This document shows, piece by piece, positions 9,504 through 18,250 of a DNA stretch of 64,000 nucleotides. The stretch comes from a bacterium (GTDB taxonomy: Bacteria; UBP15; UBA6099). Every line of letters begins with the position of its first letter. Within the stretch, counting starts at the first letter, position 1. The translations under genes were made by a program, and so were the position numbers. The stretch is taken from assembly GCA_041664945.1 (NCBI GenBank), contig JBAYJY010000004.1:1173-65172 (forward strand), given 5' to 3'. The notes beneath the pieces are model-generated. The model searched no databases. It was not told the origin of the DNA and saw only the letters and a program-made list of their open reading frames with translations.

Positions 9504-11284
9504 CCCCGCCGCCTGCCGGCGGAGATCCGTTCATATATCACCTGACATTTCCGGCGACCTGGCTTAAAGCGGGCCGCATCGTTTACGTTCCCCTGCCCTA
9601 CGGCGCGCAGGCGGCGACATACTATCCTCTGAACACTGAACTGTTTTATGCGTGGCTTATGGCGCCGCAAATGTCGGACCTGCTCGTGAACGCCGGCCAA
9701 GTCGCCTGCTGGCTGCTCGGCGCCCTTGCCGTGGCCGCTCTCGCCCGCGAAACCGGCATCGGCAAGCCGGGCGCCCTCGTCGGCGCGGCGGCGGTTATGC
9801 TCGCCCCAGGCCTGATCCAGCAGGCGACCGTTCCGCGCGTCGACATCGCCTTCGCGGCCTGGTTCCTAATCTCTCTCTACTTCGCGTTCCGCTGGGCCCG
9901 AACGCGCCGCGCTGGGCATCTCATTCTTTTCGGCGCCGCCCTCGGGTTGCTGATCGGCTCTAAATCCATCGGCCTAATGTACGCCATCCCTATCGCCCTG
10001 CTCTTCCTCTTTCAGCTTCGCGGGCGCGGCGCAAAACGCGCCGCTTCGGACCTCCTCGCCGTCTTCGCTCTCGCTCTCGCTTTCGGCGGCTTCTGGTATC
10101 TCCGAAACTGGACAGCGACAGGCAACCCGATCTTTCCGCTCGACGTCAATCTCTTCGGACTTCACATATTTCCGGGCGCCTACGGCCGCGACGCGATGCG
10201 CGCTTTCCACTCCGACAAACCCTTCGATCTGGCGAACATCGGCCTGTTCTTTCTCGGTTTCTGGCTCGAAGCGTTTCTGATATTTTCCGGCGGCGTTGCG
10301 ATGCTCCTGGCCTTCCCTCTCGGCCGCCGCCCCCTACGCGGCAGACTTTTCATTCTCGCAATGCCATGGGTCCTTATCGCCCTTTTCTGGTTCGCGAATC
10401 CGTATAACAACTTAACCAACGGCCGGTTCCTCTTTCCGGCATTTTTGCTTTTCGGCTATTACTCGGCGCTGATTATCGACAACGCGCAGGATAAAACCGC
10501 CAAAATCTGGATGTGGCTCGCGATTCCGGCGGTCATTGCAACAGGCTACCCTGCGATGTCCGTGAGCCTGACAGAGAACGCCGACCATCTTTTCCTGTTG
10601 TCCCGGAGTCTGTTCAGGCTCGCTTCCGGCCACGGCGGCGTTCTGCTCTCGCCGGCGGCGTCCGCTATGTTCCTTCTCGCGGACGCGCTCGCTTTCGCCG
10701 CTGTCGCCCTGTTGCTGAAGCGCAGGCCGATTTCACGCATTATCGCTGCGGCGGCTTGCGCCGTCTTTCTCGTCGCGGGCCTGAACGCATCGTGGAAATA
10801 TCAGCGCGACCATAAATACGATTGGTATAGAGGATTCGTGGCTGGAAACGCCTGGGCGCAACTCGACAAAACCACAAGCGGGAAATCGCTTCGAATCGCA
10901 TCCGTCGGCAACGAACGCTCTTACGGTCTGTTCGGAACCGGCTTTCGCCATGATGTCATGACCGTTAATATCGACCGCCACACGGACTGGCAGTTTCACG
11001 ATTACTGGCGGGCGGCGCGCCGCGCGGGCGAAAAAATGCCGTCTGACTCCGAGCGCCCTCAGTGGCACCGCGAGAACGGAACGCCCGTCGCGTGGATCGA
11101 CAATCTGCGCAGAAAAAAAATCGATCTCGTTTTCATTACGGCGCTCGAACCGATCGCGCTCGAGTCGATGGTTCACGACGATATTAATTTCCCTGTTGAA
11201 GCCGAATGGGCCGAAAAGCGGCCGGATTTGTTCAAGCTTCTTTACGCAAACAGCGAAGCGCGCATTTTTGCGTTCAAAAAATAG
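9425..11284 (+). CDS. Polytopic membrane protein, GT-C fold / family-39-like glycosyltransferase (ArnT/PMT-like)
   Basis: About 12 predicted TM segments followed by a soluble C-terminal domain. The motif style (...FIYHLTFPATWLKAG...YYPLNTELFYAWL...) is typical of PMT_2/ArnT-like proteins. As listed, the only available start is a TTG at 9425. Confidence 0.6.
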   Translation: MAARARRFFFVFAVLALAGILLWDFITPPPAGGDPFIYHLTFPATWLKAGRIVYVPLPYGAQAATYYPLNTELFYAWLMAPQMSDLLVNAGQVACWLLGALAVAALARETGIGKPGALVGAAAVMLAPGLIQQATVPRVDIAFAAWFLISLYFAFRWARTRRAGHLILFGAALGLLIGSKSIGLMYAIPIALLFLFQLRGRGAKRAASDLLAVFALALAFGGFWYLRNWTATGNPIFPLDVNLFGLHIFPGAYGRDAMRAFHSDKPFDLANIGLFFLGFWLEAFLIFSGGVAMLLAFPLGRRPLRGRLFILAMPWVLIALFWFANPYNNLTNGRFLFPAFLLFGYYSALIIDNAQDKTAKIWMWLAIPAVIATGYPAMSVSLTENADHLFLLSRSLFRLASGHGGVLLSPAASAMFLLADALAFAAVALLLKRRPISRIIAAAACAVFLVAGLNASWKYQRDHKYDWYRGFVAGNAWAQLDKTTSGKSLRIASVGNERSYGLFGTGFRHDVMTVNIDRHTDWQFHDYWRAARRAGEKMPSDSERPQWHRENGTPVAWIDNLRRKKIDLVFITALEPIALESMVHDDINFPVEAEWAEKRPDLFKLLYANSEARIFAFKK

Positions 11285-11305
11285 CTCGCCGGAAAAGGAT
11301 GAATC

Positions 11306-11707
11306 ATGAAAGGCTTATCAATAATCGAGTTGGAAGTATCGCGCGACGCGCGCGGCTGGAACACGCATCCGCTGGACGAAACTGCGTTGCGTGACGGCAA
11401 ATTCGCTAACGTGCACATTGTCAGCATGGAGCCAGGCGCGATACGCGGCAACCACAGGCACGGCAGACAGACCGAACATGTTCTGATAGTCGGCGGGCCG
11501 ACGCTGTTGGCGGTCGAAGACGAGGATACCGGCGAACGGTTCGAACGGATATTTTATTCGCACGAGCAGTTCCGGCTCACATTCGAGCCGGGCATCGCGC
11601 ACGCGTTCAAAAATATCGGCGAGGGCGCTGTGTACCTGCTCTGCGCGAGCGACCTCGCTTTCAACCCGGACAGTCCGGACACCGAGCGGGCGGCGCTCAT
11701 CGAGTAA
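11306..11707 (+). CDS. Small cupin / RmlC-like (dTDP-sugar epimerase or isomerase fold) protein
   Basis: 133 aa. ...EVSRDARGWNTHP...GAIRGNHRHGRQTEHVLIVGG...GIAHAFKNIGEG... fits the cupin beta-barrel His motifs. Confidence 0.55.
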   Translation: MKGLSIIELEVSRDARGWNTHPLDETALRDGKFANVHIVSMEPGAIRGNHRHGRQTEHVLIVGGPTLLAVEDEDTGERFERIFYSHEQFRLTFEPGIAHAFKNIGEGAVYLLCASDLAFNPDSPDTERAALIE

Positions 11708-11945
11708 TGGCGTTTGAGGCAATAGAATAGTGTCCCGAATAAACCTTTGAATGTTCATTTTTGCCAACGTATTTCGAGTCCTTGAAAAAAAACTGCGGCG
11801 CGGTTATCCTATTGCGACGATGATATCCGCCCGGAAGCCGACCCCGCATGGAGTCCGGGCGGAATATATCTAACCGCTTTCTTAGAATTTTTGTGAATCG
11901 AAAGGCTCACAGGCTGTCCCCGCGGCTTGTTGAGGAGGCCGGAAA

Positions 11946-13232
11946 ATGGAAAATAGCAGACCCGCTGTTAAAGTCGTCTATAAAAATCTGCAGGAACGGC
12001 TCGACAAGTATCCCATCGGCGCCCCGCCGAAACCCGAATTTTTCGAACTTCTGCAAATCCTGTTCGACGAAGAACACGCTCGCGTGGCGTCGCTGATGCC
12101 GATCAAGCCGTCACCGATTGATAAACTTTCAAAGCGCACCGGAGTGCCGGAAGACAAGCTTCGCGTCATGTTCGAGAAAATGGCCGGCCGCGGGCTTGTC
12201 ATGGACTTCAAACACGGGGCGTCGGGAAAAACCTATTACATGCTCGCGCCGACGATCGTCGGTTTCTTCGAGTTCTCGCTGATGAAGGAACGCGACGACT
12301 TCGACCAGAAACGCGTCGCCGAGCTGATGGACAAATACGAACACGGCGATTTCGCGACCGAAGTTTTTCAGGGCCGCACTCAGATCGGCCGCGCGCTCGC
12401 GTCCGAAACGGCGCTCGATGAAAGCGCTCTTTCAACAGCGCTCGACAACGACCGCGCCTCGAAACTCATCGAGTCGGCCGGATACCTCGCCGTCTCGCAC
12501 TGTTTCTGCCGCCACAAAACGCGCCTTATGGGAAAACCTTGCGGCAAGACCGAAGAAATATGCCTCGCGCTGGGACAAGGCTCGGATTTCCTCGTTCGCA
12601 ACAAACTCGCGCGCGAGATATCCGTTCCCGAAGCACTCGATTTGCTCGAACAGGCGCGCTCGGAAGGCCTCGTCCAGATCGCCGACAACATCGCGAGCGG
12701 CCCGACTTTCATCTGCAACTGCTGCGGATGCTGCTGCGCAATGCTGCGCGCGATCAACGACAAGGGCCTCACATACGCCGTTCACACGAGCGGCTTCATC
12801 GCCTCTGTTAAAGAAGCGGCTTGCACAGGCTGCAGCAAATGCAAGAAAATCTGCCCGGTCAATGCGATCTCCATCAGCGAGGAAATCAGCGCCGGCGGCA
12901 AGAAAATCCGCAAGGCCGTGATCGACGAACAAATCTGCCTCGGCTGCGGAGTTTGCGAGCGGTCGTGCAATTTCGAATCTCTGTGGATGCGGCCGCGCGA
13001 GAAGCGCACCCTCACTCCGGCCAACACTCTCGAACGCATTCTCATGATGGCCGTCGAACGCGGCAAACTGCACCATGTCCTTTTCGACGGCTCCGAAGGG
13101 CCGACCGCCGATTTCCTGAAAAATATCACCGGCGCCTTCCTGAACATGCCTGTTTCCAAACGCCTGCTTCTCAACAAGGAAATCCAGTCCCGTTTTCTGG
13201 AATTCGCTAACAAGGCCACCGGAAGAAAATAA
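11946..13232 (+). CDS. Multi-cluster Fe-S protein (2x 4Fe-4S ferredoxin motifs plus extra Cys-rich motifs) with a wHTH-like N-terminus
   Basis: CTGCSKCKKICP and CLGCGVCERSC are classical CxxCxxCxxxCP motifs. Upstream lie CFCRHKTRLMGKPCGKTEEIC and the unusual FICNCCGCCCAML. Confidence 0.7.
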   Translation: MENSRPAVKVVYKNLQERLDKYPIGAPPKPEFFELLQILFDEEHARVASLMPIKPSPIDKLSKRTGVPEDKLRVMFEKMAGRGLVMDFKHGASGKTYYMLAPTIVGFFEFSLMKERDDFDQKRVAELMDKYEHGDFATEVFQGRTQIGRALASETALDESALSTALDNDRASKLIESAGYLAVSHCFCRHKTRLMGKPCGKTEEICLALGQGSDFLVRNKLAREISVPEALDLLEQARSEGLVQIADNIASGPTFICNCCGCCCAMLRAINDKGLTYAVHTSGFIASVKEAACTGCSKCKKICPVNAISISEEISAGGKKIRKAVIDEQICLGCGVCERSCNFESLWMRPREKRTLTPANTLERILMMAVERGKLHHVLFDGSEGPTADFLKNITGAFLNMPVSKRLLLNKEIQSRFLEFANKATGRK

Positions 13233-13332
13233 TATCCGCCCGTTTTCGGCTGCGCCGCATTAACATGCTTTTATCGCATTCGCATATCTCCCGCGCTTCA
13301 CTTCAATCAATTATTGCTATATATTTATTGCG

Positions 13333-15933
13333 ATGATCGAAAAACCGAACACGCTGAAAGCGAAGGCTTCAACCGTTCTCTCGCGCTTTGCGTTCGCCGC
13401 GGCGTTTTTGTTTTTTGTTTTCTCAGGGCCGGCGCTCGCTCAAAATTCGACTCCTCTCCCCAACATGCCCGACCCCGAAGAATTCCGCATGCTTAACGAC
13501 ATCCAGCCCGGCCTCGACGCCTATCAGCAGAAAAAATTCGACGTCGCCGCGCGCGTGTTCGAAGACTACCTCGCGGCTCATCCCGGCAACTCTAAAATCC
13601 TCGGCCTTCTCGGCGCCTGCCACCTTCAGTTGAAACGATACACCACGGCGGAATCGCTTTTCCTGTCGGCTATCGCGAGCAACCCGGACCAGACGGACGC
13701 CTTCCTCGGGCTCGCCAACGCGCGCATTAATCTCGAAAAATATAAAGAAGCCGCCGAGGCGCTTGAAACTTACGTCTCCAAGCAGCAGAACGTCGAGATA
13801 TCCGTCGTCGGCGTTCTCGCGTCGCTTTACTTTCAACTCGGCAAATACGATCAGACGATTGAACTGTTTCAAGCGATACTGACGAAGAAACCGAACTCGG
13901 CGGAGATATGGTTCAACTATGCTGTCGCTCTGACGCGGATGGAGAAATGGCCTGAAGCGCTCAAGGCTTTCGTTCGCGTCAGGTCTCTGTCGCCCAAATA
14001 CCCGAAACTCAGTTCGTATATCGGAATTGTCGCGTTTCAGTTGGGGGACTACGCGAAAGCGGAACCTGCGCTTCAGAAAGCGCTTCAGGAGGATCCCAAA
14101 TCTGCGCCGATTCTTTCCGCTCTCGGCGCTATGGCCGGCCAGCAGAAGAAATACGAAACGGCTTTGAGCTACATGCGCCGCGCGCTCACGATCGATCCGA
14201 ACGAAAAAAAGACGGTCGCCAACTACATTGCGATTCTCTCGCAAAGCGGCAAATCCATGGAGGCGGCGGCGGAAACCGCGAAGGCGCTCAGGAAGTGGCC
14301 GAACGAACCTGACCTGCTCTACGCGCAGGCTGTCATGTTCACACAAAATTCGAGATGGGCCGATGCGATGAAGCTGCTGAATAAATTGAAGCTGTACGCG
14401 CCGGCATATCCGCGTCTGAATTATTACATCGGCGTGGTCGCGTTTCAGTTGAGAGACGTTTATACGGCGGAACCGGCTCTCGAACAGGCGCTCCTGGAAA
14501 TGCCGAACTCGGCGGCTGTTCTCGCTTCGCTCGGCATCATCGCCGGGTCCAAAAAGGACTTCAAGGCTGCCGAGGACTACTTCCGCCGCGCAATCAAAGC
14601 CGAACCGGGCAATAAAAAAGTCCTCATGAATTTCGTCGCGATTCTCGTTCAGAACGAAAAAATCGACGACGCTACGACCGAAACGCTGAAAGCTCTCAAG
14701 AGGTGGCCGAAAGACGACGAACTGGTCTATTCGCTCGCTGTTCTGAAAATCAGGAAAAAGAAATACGACGACGCCGAACAGACTCTGCTGGACATGCTGA
14801 AGCGCAAACCGGACAACATGCAGGCGATGCGCCTGCTCGCGTCGATGTACGAGTCGCGCTCTCAGACCGACAAGGCTGTCGCGCAGTACAAAAAGATTCT
14901 CGCGAAAGAACCTAAGGACACTGAATCGAGAATGGCGCTCGCCGGGCTGCTGCGGCGCGGCGACAAGAAAGACGAAGCGCAGGCGCAATACCAGCTCGCT
15001 CTGAAATACGACCCGAAAAACGAAGACGCCTGGAAAAACGCCGCAACCCTTCTCGAAGACCTGAAGAAAAAGGATGAACTCATAGCTCACTATAAAAAGA
15101 TGGCGGCGGCGCTGCCCGAGAGCGGATACGCCTATGCCCGGCTGGGTTACATCGCTGAGGCGGACGGCGATGCGAAAACGGCGGTCGAATATCTGGACAA
15201 GTCGCTGGAACGCAAAAATCCCGCCGAGTTCGGCGTTTACTCGCGCCGCGCGAAATACTACGAGGATGCCGGAGCGGCCGTGACCGCCGAGGTTCTCTAC
15301 CGGCAGGGGCTTGAAGTTCTTCTGGAGCACTCGCAGGAAGTCTACACGCAACTTATGGATGACCTGCAGAAGAACAGCGGCCAGCTCGACCTCGCGCGCC
15401 TGATGGAGATCGGCGAGCGCGAGAAGGACCTCGACTCCAGTCTCGACACCGCCATGGACGGAGTAATGAAATCATTCGCGCGGCGCGAGGACCGCGACGG
15501 CGCGATCTCTTATCTTAAGGAACAGATGGAGAAGTATCCGAAGAACAAAAAACTTATAAAAGCGATGGGCGGCCTGGAGCGCGACGCCTCTAACGTCGAC
15601 CGGGTGATGCGTCTGTCGCAGGAGTTGCTGGACGTTGACGTAAAGGACGCGGACGGCCACCTGTGGATGGCGTGGGCGTTCGAGCAGAAAGGCGAAACGA
15701 AAGAGGCGGGACTCGCCTACATGCGCGCCGCCGAGGCCGACCCGAAACGCGAAGAAGCCTACGACGGCCTTTTGAGAATGTACCGCGCGCAGAACAAAAT
15801 CGCCGACATCGTTCCGTTCCTTTCCCGGAAACTGGAATTGGACAAAGACATCGAAGTCCTAAGGAAAGCTTACACGCAGGCGGCGACCGAAGCCGGCCTG
15901 CCGGTCATATTGCCTGATGACGACAAAAAGTGA
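13333..15933 (+). CDS. Secreted TPR-repeat protein (866 aa)
   Basis: Signal peptide ...FLFFVFSGPALAQ, then more than 15 recognisable 34-residue TPR units (e.g. AEIWFNYAVALTRMEKWPEALKAFVRVRSLSPKYP). Confidence 0.85.
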   Translation: MIEKPNTLKAKASTVLSRFAFAAAFLFFVFSGPALAQNSTPLPNMPDPEEFRMLNDIQPGLDAYQQKKFDVAARVFEDYLAAHPGNSKILGLLGACHLQLKRYTTAESLFLSAIASNPDQTDAFLGLANARINLEKYKEAAEALETYVSKQQNVEISVVGVLASLYFQLGKYDQTIELFQAILTKKPNSAEIWFNYAVALTRMEKWPEALKAFVRVRSLSPKYPKLSSYIGIVAFQLGDYAKAEPALQKALQEDPKSAPILSALGAMAGQQKKYETALSYMRRALTIDPNEKKTVANYIAILSQSGKSMEAAAETAKALRKWPNEPDLLYAQAVMFTQNSRWADAMKLLNKLKLYAPAYPRLNYYIGVVAFQLRDVYTAEPALEQALLEMPNSAAVLASLGIIAGSKKDFKAAEDYFRRAIKAEPGNKKVLMNFVAILVQNEKIDDATTETLKALKRWPKDDELVYSLAVLKIRKKKYDDAEQTLLDMLKRKPDNMQAMRLLASMYESRSQTDKAVAQYKKILAKEPKDTESRMALAGLLRRGDKKDEAQAQYQLALKYDPKNEDAWKNAATLLEDLKKKDELIAHYKKMAAALPESGYAYARLGYIAEADGDAKTAVEYLDKSLERKNPAEFGVYSRRAKYYEDAGAAVTAEVLYRQGLEVLLEHSQEVYTQLMDDLQKNSGQLDLARLMEIGEREKDLDSSLDTAMDGVMKSFARREDRDGAISYLKEQMEKYPKNKKLIKAMGGLERDASNVDRVMRLSQELLDVDVKDADGHLWMAWAFEQKGETKEAGLAYMRAAEADPKREEAYDGLLRMYRAQNKIADIVPFLSRKLELDKDIEVLRKAYTQAATEAGLPVILPDDDKK

Positions 15934-16897
15934 CGGAAAAACATTCAGAATAATAGCGCCGCTGTCGAATCCGGACGAAGCGCGCACGCTGCCCGGCCTC
16001 GGCGCGGACGAATTTTACTTTTCCATTCAGCCGCCGGGCATGAACAGCGCGTTCAGCCGGCGCGAACTGCCGCGCGCCAATTTTCACAGTTTCGAGGACA
16101 TCGAACTTGCGGCGCAGATAGCCGCGAAACGCGGCGTCCGCCTTTTCGCCGCCGTCAATAAAACATATTACACAAACGACGAACTCGGCCCCGCGAAGAA
16201 GATTTTAGACCGCTGCCTCGATGCCGGCGCGGCGGGCCTTATCGTCGCCGACGCCGGCCTTCTGCGCCTATTGCGCAAAGGCAACTACGGCGCCCGCGCC
16301 GAAATCGCTCTCAGCACGGTCGCCGCGCCGACAAACGGCGACGCCGTCGAATTCTTCTCACGCCTCGGAGTCTCGAGGGTCATTCTGCCACGCACGGTCA
16401 GTCCGAAACAGGCGGCGCGCTTCGTCAGGAGATTCCCAAAGCTCAGGTTCGAGGCGCTGATCTTCAACTGGTATTGCGCGAACGTCGACGGCGTGTGCCG
16501 GTACCAGCACGACATATCGGACCCTGCGGCCCCGCCGGACCTTGTTCGCAACGGCTGCTGTTTCGACTATGAAGTCACTTGCCCGAACGGCGCGCCCGCT
16601 CCTGATTCCGTACGGCGCGGCTTAACAAACGCGCAGCGGCGATCCGAAACCGCCTGCGGCGTCTGCTCCATTTATGACTTCATGCAGGCCGGCGTGAGAG
16701 ACTTCAAGGTCGTCGGACGCCTGCTCGGTTACAAGGCGAAAGCGAACAGCGTTAAATTCCTCGACGGATGCCGCAAAATTTATCAGGAATCCGACAGCCG
16801 GGAGGGCTACATCCGCCTCTCGCAAAGATATTACGAACAATTCTTCGGAGCCGCTTGCTCCGGCGTCTGCTATCATCGGATACGAATGACTGATTAG
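15917..16897 (+). CDS. Peptidase U32-family protein (UbiU/RlhA/TrhP-type fold)
   Basis: U32 N-terminal pattern ...IIAPLSNPDEARTLPGLGADEFYFS...NFHSFEDIELAAQIAAKRGVRLFAAVNK...AGLIVADAGLLRLL. Cys cluster CANVDGVC (C-x6-C) plus downstream Cys residues. Overlaps the TPR gene by 17 nt. Confidence 0.7.
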   Translation: MTTKSDGKTFRIIAPLSNPDEARTLPGLGADEFYFSIQPPGMNSAFSRRELPRANFHSFEDIELAAQIAAKRGVRLFAAVNKTYYTNDELGPAKKILDRCLDAGAAGLIVADAGLLRLLRKGNYGARAEIALSTVAAPTNGDAVEFFSRLGVSRVILPRTVSPKQAARFVRRFPKLRFEALIFNWYCANVDGVCRYQHDISDPAAPPDLVRNGCCFDYEVTCPNGAPAPDSVRRGLTNAQRRSETACGVCSIYDFMQAGVRDFKVVGRLLGYKAKANSVKFLDGCRKIYQESDSREGYIRLSQRYYEQFFGAACSGVCYHRIRMTD

Positions 16898-16900
16898 GCG

Positions 16901-17701
16901 ATGAAAAAAGTAAACTGCAAAGAAATCACGGCTGCGGCCCCCGGCGGCGCGGCGCTCGAACGCGCTTTGAAATATGCCTCGCAAGGCGTCGAAACTGCCC
17001 TATTCGCGGACACGCCCGCCGGGATACTCTCCTGCCCCGCCGGAATCCGCCGCATATATTTCGGCTGCGAATTCGACGAACGGAATATCCCGTCGGCGCG
17101 AAAAGCGGCCGCTGCTATCGAGGCGAGCGCCGGGCGAAAGCTCAAGTTCACTCTCGCGACGCCGATTATGACGGACGCCGGAACGGCGCGGCTGAAGCGT
17201 CTGCTTCGGGCGCTGAGCGAATACGCGCCTTTCGAGGCGGTCGCAAACGATTTCGGCGCGATCGCTATAATCCGCGATGCCGGCCTGATTCCTGTCGCCG
17301 GACGGCTGCTGATCAAACAGAAAAGCGACCCGCGGCTGGCGGCGCTGAAATCACCGCGCCTCCGCAATTATTTTAAAAAATCAGCGGCTGACAACGCCGA
17401 GTTCGCCGCCCTGCTCCGCGACCTTGGTATCAAACGCGTCGAACTCGACAACCCGCTTTGCGGCCTTGCCCCGCCAGCCGGCTTCTCGGTTTCGCTTTAT
17501 TATCCTTTTGTTTTTATGACGCTTTCCATGCGCCAAACGGAATCCGAACACGACGGAGCTGTCTATTTCCTCAAAAACAAGGCTTTCCCGGTGGACATCA
17601 TTTTGTCCGGCGCCGCACAGTTCTATATGAATCAGGAACTGAAAGCCTTGAAAGCCGGAGGCGTCAACAGGCTGGTTATCCAGCCTTTGCCGCCCCGTTG
17701 A
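16901..17701 (+). CDS. U32-like protein (divergent second subunit?)
   Basis: Starts 3 nt after the previous stop. ...IRRIYFGCEFDERNIPSARK...KLKFTLATPIMTDAG...FEAVANDFGAIAIIRDAGL... resembles the U32 N-terminal barrel but lacks the C-x6-C motif. Confidence 0.45.
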   Translation: MKKVNCKEITAAAPGGAALERALKYASQGVETALFADTPAGILSCPAGIRRIYFGCEFDERNIPSARKAAAAIEASAGRKLKFTLATPIMTDAGTARLKRLLRALSEYAPFEAVANDFGAIAIIRDAGLIPVAGRLLIKQKSDPRLAALKSPRLRNYFKKSAADNAEFAALLRDLGIKRVELDNPLCGLAPPAGFSVSLYYPFVFMTLSMRQTESEHDGAVYFLKNKAFPVDIILSGAAQFYMNQELKALKAGGVNRLVIQPLPPR

Positions 17702-17755
17702 CACCGCTTCCGCGCCAAATTTGAATCATATCGCCAAAACAGATGTTTTCACCAT

Positions 17756-17783
17756 TTGATCTTATTCTGTATTTATGTATAAT
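17756..17783 (+). promoter_or_regulatory. Candidate sigma70-type promoter of the HGS-peptide/rSAM operon
   Basis: TTGATC (17756-17761), 16-nt spacer, TATAAT (17778-17783). It sits inside a 160-nt strongly AT-rich gap in otherwise GC-rich DNA, about 80 nt upstream of the ATG at 17863. Confidence 0.35.
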
Positions 17784-17862
17784 ATTTATGAACAAATTAT
17801 TTATTAACCGTGTTACATGATGTATGTTTTTAATTACTTAGAATTATATTGGGGAGAGCCGC

Positions 17863-18201
17863 ATGAAAACCAAGAAAGATTTGGAAAGCGCCCAAAAAGG
17901 ATTCTATCCTAAAGCTAAGAAGGAGCTTAAGCTCTTTTTCAGCAGCGAAGAAGGCAAAATTACCCGGAAAGCCATCGTCAAAACATCCGTGATGACGGCC
18001 ATTGTCGGCATGATGGTTGAAGGCTCTCTCGTGCATGCCCAGCACACAAGCGGCAATTCTTATCTTCACTATAACTGTTCCAATCCTGTCGCCAACACCG
18101 GCTGCACCGGCACACACGCCTCTCACAGTTCACACGGCTCGCATGGCTCTCACGGCTCACATGGTTCGCACGGCTCGCACGGCTCGCACGGAAGCTGGTA
18201 A
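17863..18201 (+). CDS. His-Xaa-Ser repeat precursor-like peptide (HxsA-like), 112 aa
   Basis: SD GGGGAGAG lies 5 nt upstream of the ATG. Basic N-terminus, hydrophobic segment TSVMTAIVGMMVEGSLVHA, then ...NCSNPVANTGCTGT-HAS-HSS-(HGS)x7-W*. Confidence 0.8.
   Translation: MKTKKDLESAQKGFYPKAKKELKLFFSSEEGKITRKAIVKTSVMTAIVGMMVEGSLVHAQHTSGNSYLHYNCSNPVANTGCTGTHASHSSHGSHGSHGSHGSHGSHGSHGSW
18115..18195 (+). repeat. Nine in-frame His-Xaa-Ser codon triplets (peptide-level repeat)
   Basis: CAC GCC TCT / CAC AGT TCA / CAC GGC TCG / CAT GGC TCT / CAC GGC TCA / CAT GGT TCG / CAC GGC TCG x2 / CAC GGA AGC. Synonymous codons vary between units. Confidence 0.95.
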
Positions 18202-18250
18202 CTGTCTTCCCTCACCGTAAAGAACAACCCGAAAGGACGTCTGCGTCGTC

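Noticed and set aside
9047-9700. 217-aa minus-strand ORF across the start region of the GT-C-like gene
   Set aside because: It is Arg/Ala/Pro-rich with no structure-like pattern. The plus strand encodes coherent TM helices in both fragments.
13423-15351. 642-aa ORF antisense to the TPR gene
   Set aside because: Its composition is Arg/Phe/Val/Leu-rich and low-complexity, typical of the reverse frame of a GC-rich gene. The sense strand has clean 34-residue TPR periodicity and a signal peptide. There is no RBS or motif.
18115-18195. The HGS-coding repeat as a slippage-prone microsatellite or phase-variation tract
   Set aside because: Successive 9-nt units differ at synonymous positions (CAC/CAT, GGC/GGT/GGA, TCG/TCT/TCA/AGC). 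The longest perfect DNA repeat is only two to three units, which fits selection on the peptide rather than DNA slippage.
17830-18220. Antisense and alternative-frame ORFs over the precursor gene (17830-18126 minus, 17978-18160 minus, 18017-18220 plus)
   Set aside because: None has an RBS. The plus-frame ORF at 17863 has a strong SD, a signal-like segment and the peptide-level repeat that gives the locus its logic.
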